A stretch of DNA of 64,000 bases from an uncultured Gammaproteobacteria bacterium (lineage in GTDB: Bacteria; Pseudomonadota; Gammaproteobacteria; CAWCPV01), in the NCBI GenBank assembly GCA_963797555.1, contig CAWCPV010000003.1, forward strand, positions 352,001-416,000. The letters are read 5' to 3'. Positions 9,256-19,970 of this stretch are shown piece after piece; positions within the stretch are counted from its first letter, which is position 1; each line of letters starts with the position of its first letter. The notes under the pieces were generated by a model. The model saw only the letters and a program-made list of their open reading frames with translations. It was not told the DNA's origin and did no database searches. The position numbers and the translations under genes were made by a program.

Positions 9256-10011
9256 ATGCTCTCGAAGGCCACGTTTGGTGCCCTGGCATTTGCCGTTCTC
9301 GAGGTGGTAAGCATGGCCGCCCGCGCCAAGTGCGGCGATCCAGCCGCGCCGGGTGTCATTTGGAGTGCGTGCGACCTCAAAGGTGTCAATCTGCAGGGGG
9401 CGGACCTGCGCGCCTCCGTGCTGCGCAGCAGCAACCTCAAAGGAGCCAACCTCCAGGGCGCCCGCCTGGATGACGCGGACCTCAGCTTCGCCGATCTCTC
9501 CGGGGCACGTCTGGAGCGGGCAAACCTGAGACGCGCGCATCTGCTGGCTGCACAGCTCATGAGCGCGGACTTGGTCCGGGCCGACCTGCTCAGCGCGCGA
9601 CTGGAGCGGGCGCAGCTCCAACGCGCGAACCTCACCTCGGCGCGGCTGAATCAGGCGAACCTGTATGAGGCGAACCTCCGGGGAGCGACGCTGACTTCGG
9701 CGACGCTGCGCGGCTCGCTGCTGGAGCAGGCCGATCTGACCGCGGCGAACTTGGCGGGAGCCGACCTGCAAGAGGCGAAGCTGGGACGCGCCACCCTGGA
9801 CGACGCGGTGTTACGGCGGGCAAACCTGGAAAAGGCGAACCTTCAGGCAGCCGATCTGACGGGTGCCGACCTCACGGAGGCCAACCTAAGCAAAGCGGAC
9901 CTGGGCGGAGCCGACCTGTCCAACGCCGTGCTGGATGGGGCTCGCTTGGCTAACACCATCTGGACCGACCGCAGGCGCTGCAGACCGGACTCGGTAGGCG
10001 TTTGCGGCTAG
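9256..10011 (+). CDS. Exported pentapeptide-repeat protein
   Basis: Signal-peptide-like N-terminus, long A(D/N)Lxx repeat run, Cys-containing caps. Confidence 0.9.
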   Translation: MLSKATFGALAFAVLEVVSMAARAKCGDPAAPGVIWSACDLKGVNLQGADLRASVLRSSNLKGANLQGARLDDADLSFADLSGARLERANLRRAHLLAAQLMSADLVRADLLSARLERAQLQRANLTSARLNQANLYEANLRGATLTSATLRGSLLEQADLTAANLAGADLQEAKLGRATLDDAVLRRANLEKANLQAADLTGADLTEANLSKADLGGADLSNAVLDGARLANTIWTDRRRCRPDSVGVCG

Positions 10012-10811
10012 ACGTCCGGCGGTGCCGGCTCCTCCAGGCTCACGGCTCCGACCATGCCTTCCGTCGTCCACCCTCGCAGCAGCATGGCGGCGTGAGCCGC
10101 GACGCCGTCTTCCGCGAGCCACGCACACAACCCCTCACAGATCTCCGCAAAACAGTGACCCGCAAGGACCGCGTCGAGCGCCCAACACTCGGGCGTCGGG
10201 AGCGACCTGAAGTAAGTCCGCAAGTCTTGCCGCCAGATCACCCACCCCCCCGCCTGCGCGTAGGGTTGCAGCGCCGGCGCAGCCGCCTGCTGGTCCGCGG
10301 CCTGCCGTATGCTCGGGACGTTCCAATGGACGGTCGTACGCCGAACGGAAGGGTGCATCTGAAAGCGCATCCGGGGCCAGGACATCGCCGGAATGGCGGC
10401 GATGGTCCCGATGTCCAGCGTCGGGCCGTCGGCCGCGTCGAATGCCTCCCCGAGCGTCCAGTCGAACCGGGCCATCTCTGCCAGGAACGGCCTGTGTTGG
10501 AAGGATGCGTGCGTCCCCAGGAAGGCAGCGAGGCGTTCTCCATAGTAGCGGACAGAGAAGTGCGTAGGCGGGCACGCCTCGGCGTAACCCAATGCCATCG
10601 ACCGGAACTCCTCGTCGCCGAGCCAAGCCCGCAGCGTCGGGAAGTCGAGCTTGAGAACCTCCAGCAGGCGCAGCCGGTAAGCCTCCGCGTAGATCCGGAG
10701 CCGCGTCTCGGCAGTCGCCCTGCGGGTGCCGACGACCTCCGCCTCCATGGACGACGAAGGGCAGAGCACGAATGACTGGAGCTCACGCTGCAGGCTGCGC
10801 AGGGCGTTCAC
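10008..10811 (-). CDS. DUF2063-type RiPP maturation partner (BufC/HvfC-like)
   Basis: RLRIYAEAYRLRL..L..DFP, FLAEMARFDW; coupled to the DUF692 gene. Confidence 0.85.
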   Translation of the reverse strand: MNALRSLQRELQSFVLCPSSSMEAEVVGTRRATAETRLRIYAEAYRLRLLEVLKLDFPTLRAWLGDEEFRSMALGYAEACPPTHFSVRYYGERLAAFLGTHASFQHRPFLAEMARFDWTLGEAFDAADGPTLDIGTIAAIPAMSWPRMRFQMHPSVRRTTVHWNVPSIRQAADQQAAAPALQPYAQAGGWVIWRQDLRTYFRSLPTPECWALDAVLAGHCFAEICEGLCAWLAEDGVAAHAAMLLRGWTTEGMVGAVSLEEPAPPDV

Positions 10812-11660
10812 GCAACGGCCTCGCTGAGCATGCGCTCGGCGATGCGGCGGGCCAGGCTCAGCTCGCCCAACAGCATATCCAGGGGAGGAATGTTGTCGTC
10901 GCGCTCGATCATGGCGGAGACGCGGCCGAAGCGTCGGACCGCCTCAGCGTAGAGATCCCAAACCGGGTCGATCACCGGCTCGTCATGCGTGTCCACGATG
11001 TAGTCGGATAGATTGCGGTGTCCGGCCAGATGGAACTGCTGCACCCGCTGCACCGGCACCCCATCCAGGTAGACCAGCGGGTCGAAGTCGTGGTTGAAGG
11101 CGCTGACGTAAACATTGTTGATATCTAGCAGGATCAGGCAATCTGCCAGCTCGGCGACGGCCGTCAGAAACTCCCACTCCATCATCTGCGATTGGCGATA
11201 CGTCAGGTAGCTCGACACGTTTTCGAGCAGGATGCGCCGCCCGAGAAACTCCTGGACTGCGGACACGCGCCGCACCACGTGGTCCACGGCTTCCTCCGTA
11301 TACGGCAGAGGCAGCAGGTCGTGCATGTTCAGACCATCCAAGCCGGTCCAACAGAGATGATCGGAGATCCAGGCCGGCTCAATAGCGTCCGCTAAGGCCC
11401 TGACTTTCCGAAGGTAACCCCAGTCCAGCGGATCCGTGCCACCGATGGAAAGCGACACGCCGTGCATGACCATCGGATAGTGCTCTCGTACCCGACGGAG
11501 GTGGTAGAGCGGTTTCCCGCCGGCGACCAAGTAGTTCTCTGTGATGACCTCAAACCAGTCGACCTCAGGCCGTTCGGTCATCACAGTCTGGTAGTGCTCT
11601 TTGCGCAGCCCCAACCCGAAGCCGAGGCAGGGGAGCCGCACGATCGGTGAGGGTGCCGCC
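10808..11660 (-). CDS. DUF692 multinuclear non-heme iron enzyme (BufB/HvfB-like); start uncertain
   Basis: GFGLGLR, WFEVITENY, HGVSLSIG, SDHLCW, HDLLPLP, ENVSSY, LLDINNVYV, HLAGH, DTH, IERD. Confidence 0.95.
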
Positions 11661-11803
11661 AAGGTGATATCAGCTCCTCCCCGGATTGGCCGGGAGCCAT
11701 GTCCCGTCAACCTGACTCCATCGGGAGGCTTGCCACCACCGTTCATGGCGCACCCGGTGTCGGACGGCGCCGGCACCAGGTGCGGAATCTAAGCGCTCAG
11801 GGC

Positions 11804-12070
11804 TCACTCCGACAGGACAGTACCGCCCTCGGCCTTGCATTCCGCCTCGGTCTTGTTGAGCCAGCCCTCGCCCTTACAGGAGTTCTGTCCCTTGCAGCCG
11901 TTGTGGGCACTCTTGCACTCCGAGGTCCCCTTACAGGAATTGACGCCGGCACAGTGAACCTTGGCTTCGGCGGCACCTTGCTCGGCGGCGCTAGCCACGT
12001 TGACTGTGGCGAACAGCGCGGCGGCAGCCGTGGCCAGGACCATCCCGGACACCTTCTTGGTGGTCATCAT
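11804..12070 (-). CDS. Cys-rich exported precursor peptide (bufferin BufA2-like)
   Basis: Signal peptide then CAGVNSCKGTSECKSAHNGCKGQNSCKGEGW...C; AAGGAG RBS; upstream of DUF692. Confidence 0.85.
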   Translation of the reverse strand: MMTTKKVSGMVLATAAAALFATVNVASAAEQGAAEAKVHCAGVNSCKGTSECKSAHNGCKGQNSCKGEGWLNKTEAECKAEGGTVLSE

Positions 12071-12379
12071 AAGCTTCTCCTTGGGGGTAGTGACGGTTCG
12101 GTGCTGCGGGTCGCACTCCGCGGTCTTCACGGTACCGGTGAACGACAACCCGCCGCTCGGGTTCGATCGGCCTCGCAGGAGACGATCGCGACCTATACTA
12201 CCGAGAACCGGCCAAGATGAAAAGCGCCGTCGCTGCTTCCCGACGAGCTTACAGTTTGCTCATGGTTTCCGTTGCTTACGCTACATGGCTGAGGATTGAC
12301 CTCGGGTTCCGAGCGGGCGCAACGCCTTCTCGCATGGGGTCGCCCCTTGGCGGATTGCCGTCCGCCAGCGACGCTAGCG

Positions 12380-12563
12380 CTAGGTCATCTCAATGATCGT
12401 GCCTTCGCCGGCCGGACCCGAAACGACGACGATCCGACCGAGCGTCTTGTGGTAGCCCACGTAGACGACGTAGCTCCCACGGTCCATGGACTCCGAGACC
12501 TCCATCTCCTCTACGATGTCGGCGACCAACTGCGGTTCCGCCTCGATGATCCTCATGGCCATC
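12380..12563 (-). CDS. Small hypothetical protein
   Basis: GAGGAGG RBS; coding-like codon usage; beta-rich ~60 aa. Confidence 0.6.
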
Positions 12564-13380
12564 ACCTCCTCGGTGCCCCTGCCCGTTTCATGTACCAGCG
12601 CCAGGCGAACCTGCCTGAAGGACGCCATAAGACTGATTCTATACCGTGGGCGTGAAAAAGCGCGTCGTCACTGCCGAGCCCGCGTCCGCTGGTGACCCCA
12701 TGGGCGCAGGCCGCGGTGCGTCGGGAGGCACGATTCCGCCAGGCTTCCAGCGCCTGACACTACGCCTTTGGCTTTGTCACCGTTCGCTCGCCGGCGGCCG
12801 CAATCGCTCGTGGACTCAGGCAATAGGTTCTGCCGGTCATCTGCAGGGCGACGGTGGTATGATGCCGGTCGAAAGGGCGAACAAGCGCGACGATGAATGC
12901 GGCACGCGCCATGAGAGTCGGCCGGGCAGTTGCGCAGCTCCCGGCTTGCGACACGGCCGGTGCTAACGCCCGTACTGGCGGCGGAGGTCCATCGCCGGGT
13001 CTGCGGAGACAGCGCTGTGGCGATTTCTCCGATCCCCCGCCGGTCGCCGCATCGACACAGATCCTCAAAACGGACGCCCGCGACACGCCGGCATGCGCGA
13101 CAGCGCAGGCGGAACACGGCAAAACGTCTGTAGGATCCGCAGCGGGAGACCCAGGCAAGGCGGAGGAATAACCGCAGGATCCCACCGGTCGGCCTCTGCG
13201 GAAGAGAAGCCTCAGAACGAAATCCCGTTCTACGAAGCCCGTGCTTGGCCACAGATCTCGATAGGCGCTTCCTGGCAAGGTCGGCGAGAAGTGATACGAA
13301 TTGTCCCGCCTCGCAAGGGACGGCTGACGAGTCATTCCACGGGGGCGGCGGCCAACCGGTACGTTTCCAGGGTGTGACGT

Positions 13381-15069
13381 TTGATGCATCCTTGTTCCGG
13401 CAACAGCCGCCCTGGGCATCCGGAGGGCCACCCCGGCCTCCAGCCTTGGTACGTGTCGGGCCATCCGCTCGCGCCGCCGCTGGCCTCGCCCGCCGCAGAC
13501 CGGTTGCCGGGAATCGGCCTCAGCCGGCGGCAGACGGGGCTGCTGCTCGGTCTGTTCGCAACCCTTTTCTGTGCAAATCTGCTCGTGCCGCGGGATCTTT
13601 GGGTTCAGGATGAGGCGCGTTATGGCGAGGTTGTCCGGGAAATGCTGGAGAGCGGACAGTGGTTGGTCCCCCATCTCAACGGTCACCCCTATCCCGACAA
13701 GCCGCCCCTTTACTTCTGGATCGTGGCCGCGGTCGGATCGGTGGTCGGTCAGGGCGAGTTGGCCTTCCGGCTGACCACCGCACTGTCCACCCTCATCGCT
13801 CTCGCCGGGGTCGGCGCCATCGGGCGGATGTTCGGCGGCAGCGAGGTCGGGCTCTGGAGCGCGGTACTGTTCGCCACCACCTTCGTCACGCTCGTCGTCG
13901 GCCACATCGCGCGCATGGACATGCTCCTGACGATGACAGCGGTGTTTGCCTGGCTGGCGCTCGAGCACCTGCGCAGAACCCACCGGGCTCGGACGCTGGC
14001 CATATTCTGGGCGCTGGCGGCTCTGGGCGTCGCCATCAAGGGCCCCATCGCCCTCCTCTTCACCGTCTTGCCGGGGGTCGCAGCGATCACCGTCGAGCGC
14101 GGCTGGCGCGGCTTCCGGGCACTCCGCCCGGTCGCCGGCCTACTCATGCTCACCGCCATGATCCTGACATGGGCCGGACTCGTGGTCACTCAGGGAAACG
14201 GTGACTACCTGTACGATATCTGGAATCGTCAGCTCGTGGGGCGAGCGGTAGACGCCTGGAGTCACAGGGAGCCTTTCTATTTCTACGCGCTGTTGCTGCC
14301 ATTGCTGGTCATGCCGTGGGCCGGTCTTGTGGCACACGGCTTCCGGGTGCTATTCCGCGACCGCGCGCCGGCCCGAGCGTCAATCCTGTCCTACAGTCTA
14401 TTGCCGCTGGTCGCTATCTCCCTAGTCTCCGGAAAGCTGTTCATCTATGTCGAGCCCGTGGTGCCGGCGCTCGCGATCGCGGCAGCGCTTGGCGCTGCGG
14501 AGATTCAACGCCGCCCGAAAATCCCGCGTTGGGTCGCCTGGCCGCCGGTGTTGCTGCTGACCGTCTGCGCCGCAGCCGTCATACACGTGGCCCACGCTTA
14601 TCTGTCCGATGCGCGGCAAGCGTACGGCGTCGCCGTCGGTCTTTTCGCGTTGACGCTGCTCGCCGCGGCGCTGGCCCGCAGCCATCCCGCTAAATGGGTC
14701 CGGGGTTGGGTCGGCGTCACCGTTGGCGTCTCCTGGCTCGTGTTCGGGTGGCTGGCCCTGCTCATCAACCCGCTCTTTTCTCCGCGGACGCTCAGCCGGG
14801 CCGTCGCTCAACATGGCGCGCCCGCCCACGACGTCGGCGAGGTGCGCACCACTCGCGGAATCCTCAACTATTACGCGGGACGGCTATTTACCGAGGTGGA
14901 CCCCGAACACGCGGCTTCCTGGTGGGCAGAGCATCCGCGGGCGGTCCTCGTGATCAAGACCCCAGATCTCAAATACGTCTTCGAGGCCGGGAATACGCCA
15001 CGCTCCTGTCGGGTGGATGAGACGTATAACGTCGAGCTGAAGGAATACCATGTGTTGGCAGGGTGTTGA
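13381..15069 (+). CDS. ArnT/PMT family glycosyltransferase (start probably slightly downstream)
   Basis: DEARY...EM, PHLNG..YPDKPPLYFW, ARMDMLL, KGP; many TM helices. Confidence 0.9.
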   Translation: MMHPCSGNSRPGHPEGHPGLQPWYVSGHPLAPPLASPAADRLPGIGLSRRQTGLLLGLFATLFCANLLVPRDLWVQDEARYGEVVREMLESGQWLVPHLNGHPYPDKPPLYFWIVAAVGSVVGQGELAFRLTTALSTLIALAGVGAIGRMFGGSEVGLWSAVLFATTFVTLVVGHIARMDMLLTMTAVFAWLALEHLRRTHRARTLAIFWALAALGVAIKGPIALLFTVLPGVAAITVERGWRGFRALRPVAGLLMLTAMILTWAGLVVTQGNGDYLYDIWNRQLVGRAVDAWSHREPFYFYALLLPLLVMPWAGLVAHGFRVLFRDRAPARASILSYSLLPLVAISLVSGKLFIYVEPVVPALAIAAALGAAEIQRRPKIPRWVAWPPVLLLTVCAAAVIHVAHAYLSDARQAYGVAVGLFALTLLAAALARSHPAKWVRGWVGVTVGVSWLVFGWLALLINPLFSPRTLSRAVAQHGAPAHDVGEVRTTRGILNYYAGRLFTEVDPEHAASWWAEHPRAVLVIKTPDLKYVFEAGNTPRSCRVDETYNVELKEYHVLAGC

Positions 15070-15706
15070 TCCGAGGTCTCGCCTGCGTGCCGCCTCTGCC
15101 GCATGGCTGGCACTGCTGATGGTCGGAACGGCGTGGCTGCTCTCGGTCGGCGACATGGCGAGCGTGGAAGCGATGCGCGCCGTCGCGCGGAGCGTGGACG
15201 CCCATCGTTGGATCGAACGGTTCTCCAGTCTGGGCCCGTACCTTTTCTACGGCCTTTTCGTCATCGTCTTCTGTGTCGGCTGGGTCCGTGACGATGGATG
15301 CCCCAAGGTCATCAGCATCGGCTACCTCATTGCCCAGATCCTCGGACCGATTCTCACCGTGCGGATTCTCAAGTTCCTCACCGGACGCCCGCGTCCTCAT
15401 GCCGTCCTCGCCGGGAGAAGCGGGTCCGATTGGATCGGCCCCACCTGGGATTCCGCATTCCACTCTTTTCCCTCCGGCCACGCAGCGGACGTGGTGACTG
15501 GGGCCATCTTCGCGACGCTGCTGTGGCGCGGTGCCCGGGCGGCCGTTTGGTGGGCTCTCGCCGTGCTGGTGGCCATGAGCCGCATCGCGCTGGCACAGCA
15601 TTACCCGAGCGACGTGCTGGCGGGCACGCTGCTGGGCGGAATCGTGTCCCTATCCGTATTGAGGGCATGGGCACTGCCCCGCCTGCCTCCCCCTCCACCG
15701 CGCTGA
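15050..15706 (+). CDS. PAP2 family phosphatase
   Basis: K..TGRPRP, SFPSGH, SRIALAQHYPSDV motifs. Confidence 0.9.
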   Translation: MCWQGVDPRSRLRAASAAWLALLMVGTAWLLSVGDMASVEAMRAVARSVDAHRWIERFSSLGPYLFYGLFVIVFCVGWVRDDGCPKVISIGYLIAQILGPILTVRILKFLTGRPRPHAVLAGRSGSDWIGPTWDSAFHSFPSGHAADVVTGAIFATLLWRGARAAVWWALAVLVAMSRIALAQHYPSDVLAGTLLGGIVSLSVLRAWALPRLPPPPPR

Positions 15707-16165
15707 TGGCGCCCCATCGGGGATGGTAGCCTGCAGCGCAACGGAAAGCAGATGACCTGCGAGCGCGCCGATGAATCTCGTAGGTCTCTTTGAGCTGCCG
15801 GTCGACATCCAACGCACGCAGCAGCGGCACCCTGATCTTCCGCAGCTCATTCCCCGCATACAGACGTCATCGATAGGTTGTTGCGTTTGGATGCACTCGC
15901 TCGCGCCTTTGCCGTGGGTTGCCCCAAGACATAGACTACAAGAACGCAGAGCAGCGCCGCGGTTGGCATCCGGTCGGCGCTGCGCGGGCGACCGATTGAT
16001 CGGCGACACATTATCTGCCGAAATAGTGTATGGCGGCCCTCTGGGCCGAGTTCTCGATAGGGCCCGAGGCCGTGTCGGGGCACCAAGACGGGCAGGCGGG
16101 CGTCTTCCGACGCCGCACCCAGGGAAAATGGGCGGAATGCCGCGGACCGTGAGGAGGGCCGGCCC

Positions 16166-16519
16166 ATGCAGGTCTATCACTCCACCACGCTTGACACTGC
16201 GGAAACCATATTCGAAAAGGGGTTTCCAGGCGCCAGCGCAGGACCACTCACCCGAGGACCACGCTCCGGCGTCTGGGTTACGGAGCGCCCGATCATGTCG
16301 GGCGACGGGCTGGGCCGCATGGAGGCGTGGTTCGAGATCTCCATTGAAGAGTCCCTGCTGCGACCGTACGAGTGGATTGAGGAAAGCACGGCGTATCGGC
16401 AGTGGGTGGCGCCGGCAGAGTTACTGAACGAGCACGGTCTGGTGCGCGCCCTTGACGAAACGCAGGCGATCGTCCTGTATGACGCATGGCTGGAGCGGCG
16501 TCTGTCCGACGGCAGCTAG
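16166..16519 (+). CDS. Hypothetical protein with ADP-ribosyltransferase-like N-terminal motif
   Basis: GAGGAGG RBS; YHSTT...A..I...GF...GVWVT. Confidence 0.65.
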   Translation: MQVYHSTTLDTAETIFEKGFPGASAGPLTRGPRSGVWVTERPIMSGDGLGRMEAWFEISIEESLLRPYEWIEESTAYRQWVAPAELLNEHGLVRALDETQAIVLYDAWLERRLSDGS

Positions 16520-16626
16520 ACGAAGGGACGCCCTCTGCGACGCGGAGGCGCAAAGGCCACTCGGGCTTCGGGGTGGAGCTGGAGAGTACGTGCGGCAACC
16601 GGCACTCGCCGGCCGCACGGGAGACG

Positions 16627-16896
16627 TTAACGCGAATCGTCGCGTCGGACGACCGTGTACTCGCCCTCGATAACCCGAAGGGACGGTGCCTGCTTGGCGC
16701 GGCGGCGGCTCCAGCGCCAGCGCGCCCAGCCAATCAGGGCGAGTATCGAAAACAGTGCCAGGAAGACGGTGAAGAACAGCAACCCCACAACCAGGACCGC
16801 CAACGCGAAGCCGCCGAGCAACAATGCGTCCACCCAGCCGATTCGAGCCTGAACGAGATCTGTCAACCGACGCGCGTGGGCCCGCGATTGTGCCAT
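16627..16896 (-). CDS. Small membrane protein
   Basis: Hydrophobic hairpin then ...VIEGEYTVV; GAGG RBS. Confidence 0.6.
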   Translation of the reverse strand: MAQSRAHARRLTDLVQARIGWVDALLLGGFALAVLVVGLLFFTVFLALFSILALIGWARWRWSRRRAKQAPSLRVIEGEYTVVRRDDSR

Positions 16897-17118
16897 CGAA
16901 TCCTCTTGTCCTTCGCCCCGGCGTTCGGAACGGTTCGTTTGCAACGATGCGATCCGCCAATCTAGCGCGGTGAGACGACGACTCCCCGGCGGCGCAGCGA
17001 CTCCGAGCTATTAGACTCGCCCGAGTACCCGAGTTCAACGGCAGGTGTCCAGAGGCGCAAACAGGCGCGCTCCGAGTTGGGGAGAGGGCCTGACGAGACT
17101 CTGGATGGGAAGGACTGA

Positions 17119-17250
17119 GAGCTTGTGAATAAATCTGCTGCGCGTCCCGATAGCGGCGTTGCGCGGTGCTCGCTCCTCGCCTATCTACTTGATATGTCTC
17201 GTCGCTGCGCCTTGCTCTCGGGCCGCTCGCGACGATTTCTTCACAAGCTC
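17119..17250. repeat. MITE/REP-like dispersed repeat, copy 1
   Basis: Terminal IRs GAGCTTGTGAA...TTCACAAGCTC, TGA on both flanks; near-identical to 43208-43348. Confidence 0.85.
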
Positions 17251-17395
17251 TGAGGTACAAGTCTGCAGCGGGACCGCCTCATCGCCGACTTGGGGCAGGA
17301 GTGGCCGGTGTTTTCTTTCGGCTGGCTGAGGCAGCACGCTCCCAGCGAAACCGACAGCGGGCTCTTGCCAGACGCGGCCGATCGCAGCACCCGTG

Positions 17396-17911
17396 CTAAG
17401 GGCGATCCCCTGGACGCGACGCTTCCTCGGCGGGGCCGGCCTGCGGCCCGGGCCCGCGCCGAGAATCTCGGGCGTGCGAGGCGGATGCCGTTGCAGCCGT
17501 CTTGGCAGGGGGAGGATGGGGAGCCAGAGGGGATCCCGGAGGCAGGGCCAGCGGTTGCACCATCTGCTGGGCGGATGGGCTGTTCGCCTGCCGTTTCTGC
17601 GCCTCGGCGAGCTGTTTATCGATGATCTTGGCGGTGATCTTGTCACCGTCGCGCTGCCAGCGTACCTGCTCCCGCTCGACTTTTTTGCGTTGGTGACTCA
17701 CCTCGCCTTGGCCACCGCTTTCCAGCTTATCCAAATCGTGCCGAGTCGCCCGCTGCTGCCGTTCGACCATACGCTGCACCGCCTCCTGGGTCGGCGGAGT
17801 GTCGTCATAAAGCTCGAATCCGCGCGCGTCAATACGATGCCGCCCGCAGCCCGACTCGAACCACGGCAAGAGGAGCAGGAGCAGCACGAAGGCCGCATTT
17901 AAACGAGTCAT
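17396..17911 (-). CDS. Hypothetical exported/lipoprotein
   Basis: MTRLNAAFVLLLLLLPWFESGC signal/lipobox-like start, coiled-coil body, Pro-rich tail. Confidence 0.5.
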   Translation of the reverse strand: MTRLNAAFVLLLLLLPWFESGCGRHRIDARGFELYDDTPPTQEAVQRMVERQQRATRHDLDKLESGGQGEVSHQRKKVEREQVRWQRDGDKITAKIIDKQLAEAQKRQANSPSAQQMVQPLALPPGSPLAPHPPPAKTAATASASHARDSRRGPGPQAGPAEEASRPGDRP

Positions 17912-17936
17912 CGGGTCCGCATAACAGCGTTCCATC

Positions 17937-18082
17937 CGGTGAATGGATCTGCTGCGCGTTCCGATAGCGGCGTTACCCGGCCTTCGCTTCTCGCTTATCG
18001 ACTCGATAGGCCTCGTCGCTGCGCTCCATGCACCATGCTTTCGGGCTGCTCGCCGCTCGCAACGATTTCTTCACCAACTCTG
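17937..18082. repeat. Diverged copy of the MITE-like repeat
   Basis: Shares TCTGCTGCGCG.(T/C)CCGATAGCGGCGTT and CGCTCGC.ACGATTTCTTCAC...CTCTGAG with copies 1 and 2. Confidence 0.75.
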
Positions 18083-18091
18083 AGAGTGCGT

Positions 18092-18427
18092 TCAGCCGGT
18101 CGACCGCCGCGCAGACCAGCATTCCCGGCCATACTTCCTGAGCGCACCCGCCAACTTCTCCGGCTCGCGCATTCCGAGCCGGCGCGCCCATGAAGCCCCG
18201 GTGGCTGCCGCCGTCTCCGCTGTCGGACACTCCGCAGCCCAGGTCCTTCTGCCGTCTGGCAGCAGGCTGCCGAAGGGGGGACCGTATGCCAGCACCCGGT
18301 AACGCCCGCTCCCCGGGTCCTGATACAGCGATATGTTGACCCCGTTGCCCGCGAGACTCGCGACTAGTTTCAGTTCGGCGAATGGGTGCCGGGTCGTCTT
18401 TCGTCTCGCTCGAATTCGCACCGCCAT
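18092..18427 (-). CDS. Hypothetical protein
   Basis: Globular-looking 111 aa ORF; no motif. Confidence 0.45.
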   Translation of the reverse strand: MAVRIRARRKTTRHPFAELKLVASLAGNGVNISLYQDPGSGRYRVLAYGPPFGSLLPDGRRTWAAECPTAETAAATGASWARRLGMREPEKLAGALRKYGRECWSARRSTG

Positions 18428-18944
18428 CCTCGACGCAACCGGCGGAGTGTTCGGCCTTCAGGTTTTCCTCCGCAGACCCGACGCAGGTTACGGCATGCGG
18501 GTACACAGACGACAGTCGGGCGATTACGCAAAGGATATAGGGTAAACCCTAGCACCTCGTCGGTCACTGGGCGGCCCTCTAGCCGCTCCGGGGTCGTGTC
18601 CGTATCCTAGAGGGTGTCGCGTAGGTGACTGGTGGAGGGGGGTATCTTAGCGTCTTCACGGAGCCAGTCGCGGAGGCGAGTGCCGCGAACCGATGCGCTT
18701 TCATCCACGGCCTTAAACAGTTCGACGATAGCGGTATGTCCGGGTGCTCTGGAAACGGCCGGGCGCTGGTGAGTCCTCCGGCCTTCTCACATTCCAGACA
18801 TCGGACACGGCGCGGGCATGGCGGATGGGAAGCCACAGTGGCACGCGTAGCCTATGTTGGCGCGGGCTGGTGCGGAATGATGGGTTCTCCTACCCGGCCA
18901 TGGCAGCCGCCTATCAGGACGGCGCGCTGCGCCGGATCTCTGTC

Positions 18945-19970
18945 ATGGGCAACCTGAGCCTCTGGGAGCTGGCACCGGGGCTGCTCATCGGACTGTGTTT
19001 CGGCGTGGTCGCACAGCGGTCGCGGTTCTGCATGCTGGCTGCCGTCAGCAACCTCGTGCTGATGCGCGACCGACGACAAATCCATGCGTACCTCGCGGCG
19101 CTGGGCGTCGCCGTGGTGAGCACCCAGATCCTCGAATGGGCGGGATGGGCGGCTATTGCCGATTCCGGTTACAGAACTGCGCCGCTCGATTGGGTGGGCG
19201 CGACGATGGGCGGTCTCACGTTTGGCTTCGGCACCGTGTTGGCCGGCGGATGCGCCGGGCGGACCGTCACGCTCACGGCGGAGGGGAATCTGTCCGCGGG
19301 CATGGCATTGCTCGCCTTCGCCGCCGGAGCAGCAGTAACTCAGTACGGCATCCTGGAACCCCTGCGGCTGGCGGTCATGGAGCGGACGGCCATCCCGTTC
19401 GCCTGCGGTGACCTGTCACTTCCCCATCTGCTACGTGCCCCAGGGTGGCTCATGGGGATCGGCGTAGCGCTGGCGTGCCTCGCGGCAATCTGGTGGTCCG
19501 CGCCCGGAGCCCGCCATGTCCCTCTGCTCCGGGCAGGTGGGTTGCTTGGTGCGTTGGTCGTCGCCGCATGGTGGGCAACCGGGAACCCGATGGATGAGTT
19601 CTCCCCTGTCCATCCGGAGTCTCTCACCTTCTCGGGCCCCTTGGCCCGTTTGGCCGCTTCGGTGTCTGCCGGCAGCAGGCCCGACTTGAACTTCGGGCTC
19701 GCGTTCCTCGCTGGAACGTGGTGCGGCGCCCTAGGCAGCGCATGGGCGGGCGGAACCTTCCGCTGGACGCTCCCGCGACGCGCCAGGATTCCCTACTACG
19801 CGGCCGGCGGAGTACTCATGGGCGTCGGTGCCACGCTTTCCGGCGGCTGCAACATCGGACAGGGGCTGAGCGGGATGTCCACCCTCTCTTCGAAGTCCGT
19901 GCTCGCCACGGCGGCGATCTTCTCGGGGATCTGGCTGGGCGTGAAGTGGCTCGAGCGCTCCGAAGACTAA
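18945..19970 (+). CDS. YeeE/YedE family (thiosulfate/sulfur transport) membrane protein
   Basis: QRSRFC, GTVLAGGC, ATLSGGCNIGQGLSG motifs. Confidence 0.92.
   Translation: MGNLSLWELAPGLLIGLCFGVVAQRSRFCMLAAVSNLVLMRDRRQIHAYLAALGVAVVSTQILEWAGWAAIADSGYRTAPLDWVGATMGGLTFGFGTVLAGGCAGRTVTLTAEGNLSAGMALLAFAAGAAVTQYGILEPLRLAVMERTAIPFACGDLSLPHLLRAPGWLMGIGVALACLAAIWWSAPGARHVPLLRAGGLLGALVVAAWWATGNPMDEFSPVHPESLTFSGPLARLAASVSAGSRPDLNFGLAFLAGTWCGALGSAWAGGTFRWTLPRRARIPYYAAGGVLMGVGATLSGGCNIGQGLSGMSTLSSKSVLATAAIFSGIWLGVKWLERSED

Noticed and set aside
9370-9960. Pentapeptide DNA periodicity as a non-coding repeat or Qnr
   Set aside because: Explained by an exported pentapeptide-repeat protein; signal peptide argues against a gyrase-protecting Qnr
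12640-13380. Short ORFs in intergenic stretches (also 8650-9250, 15720-16160, 19970-20520, 52230-52730)
   Set aside because: No recognisable product or translation signals
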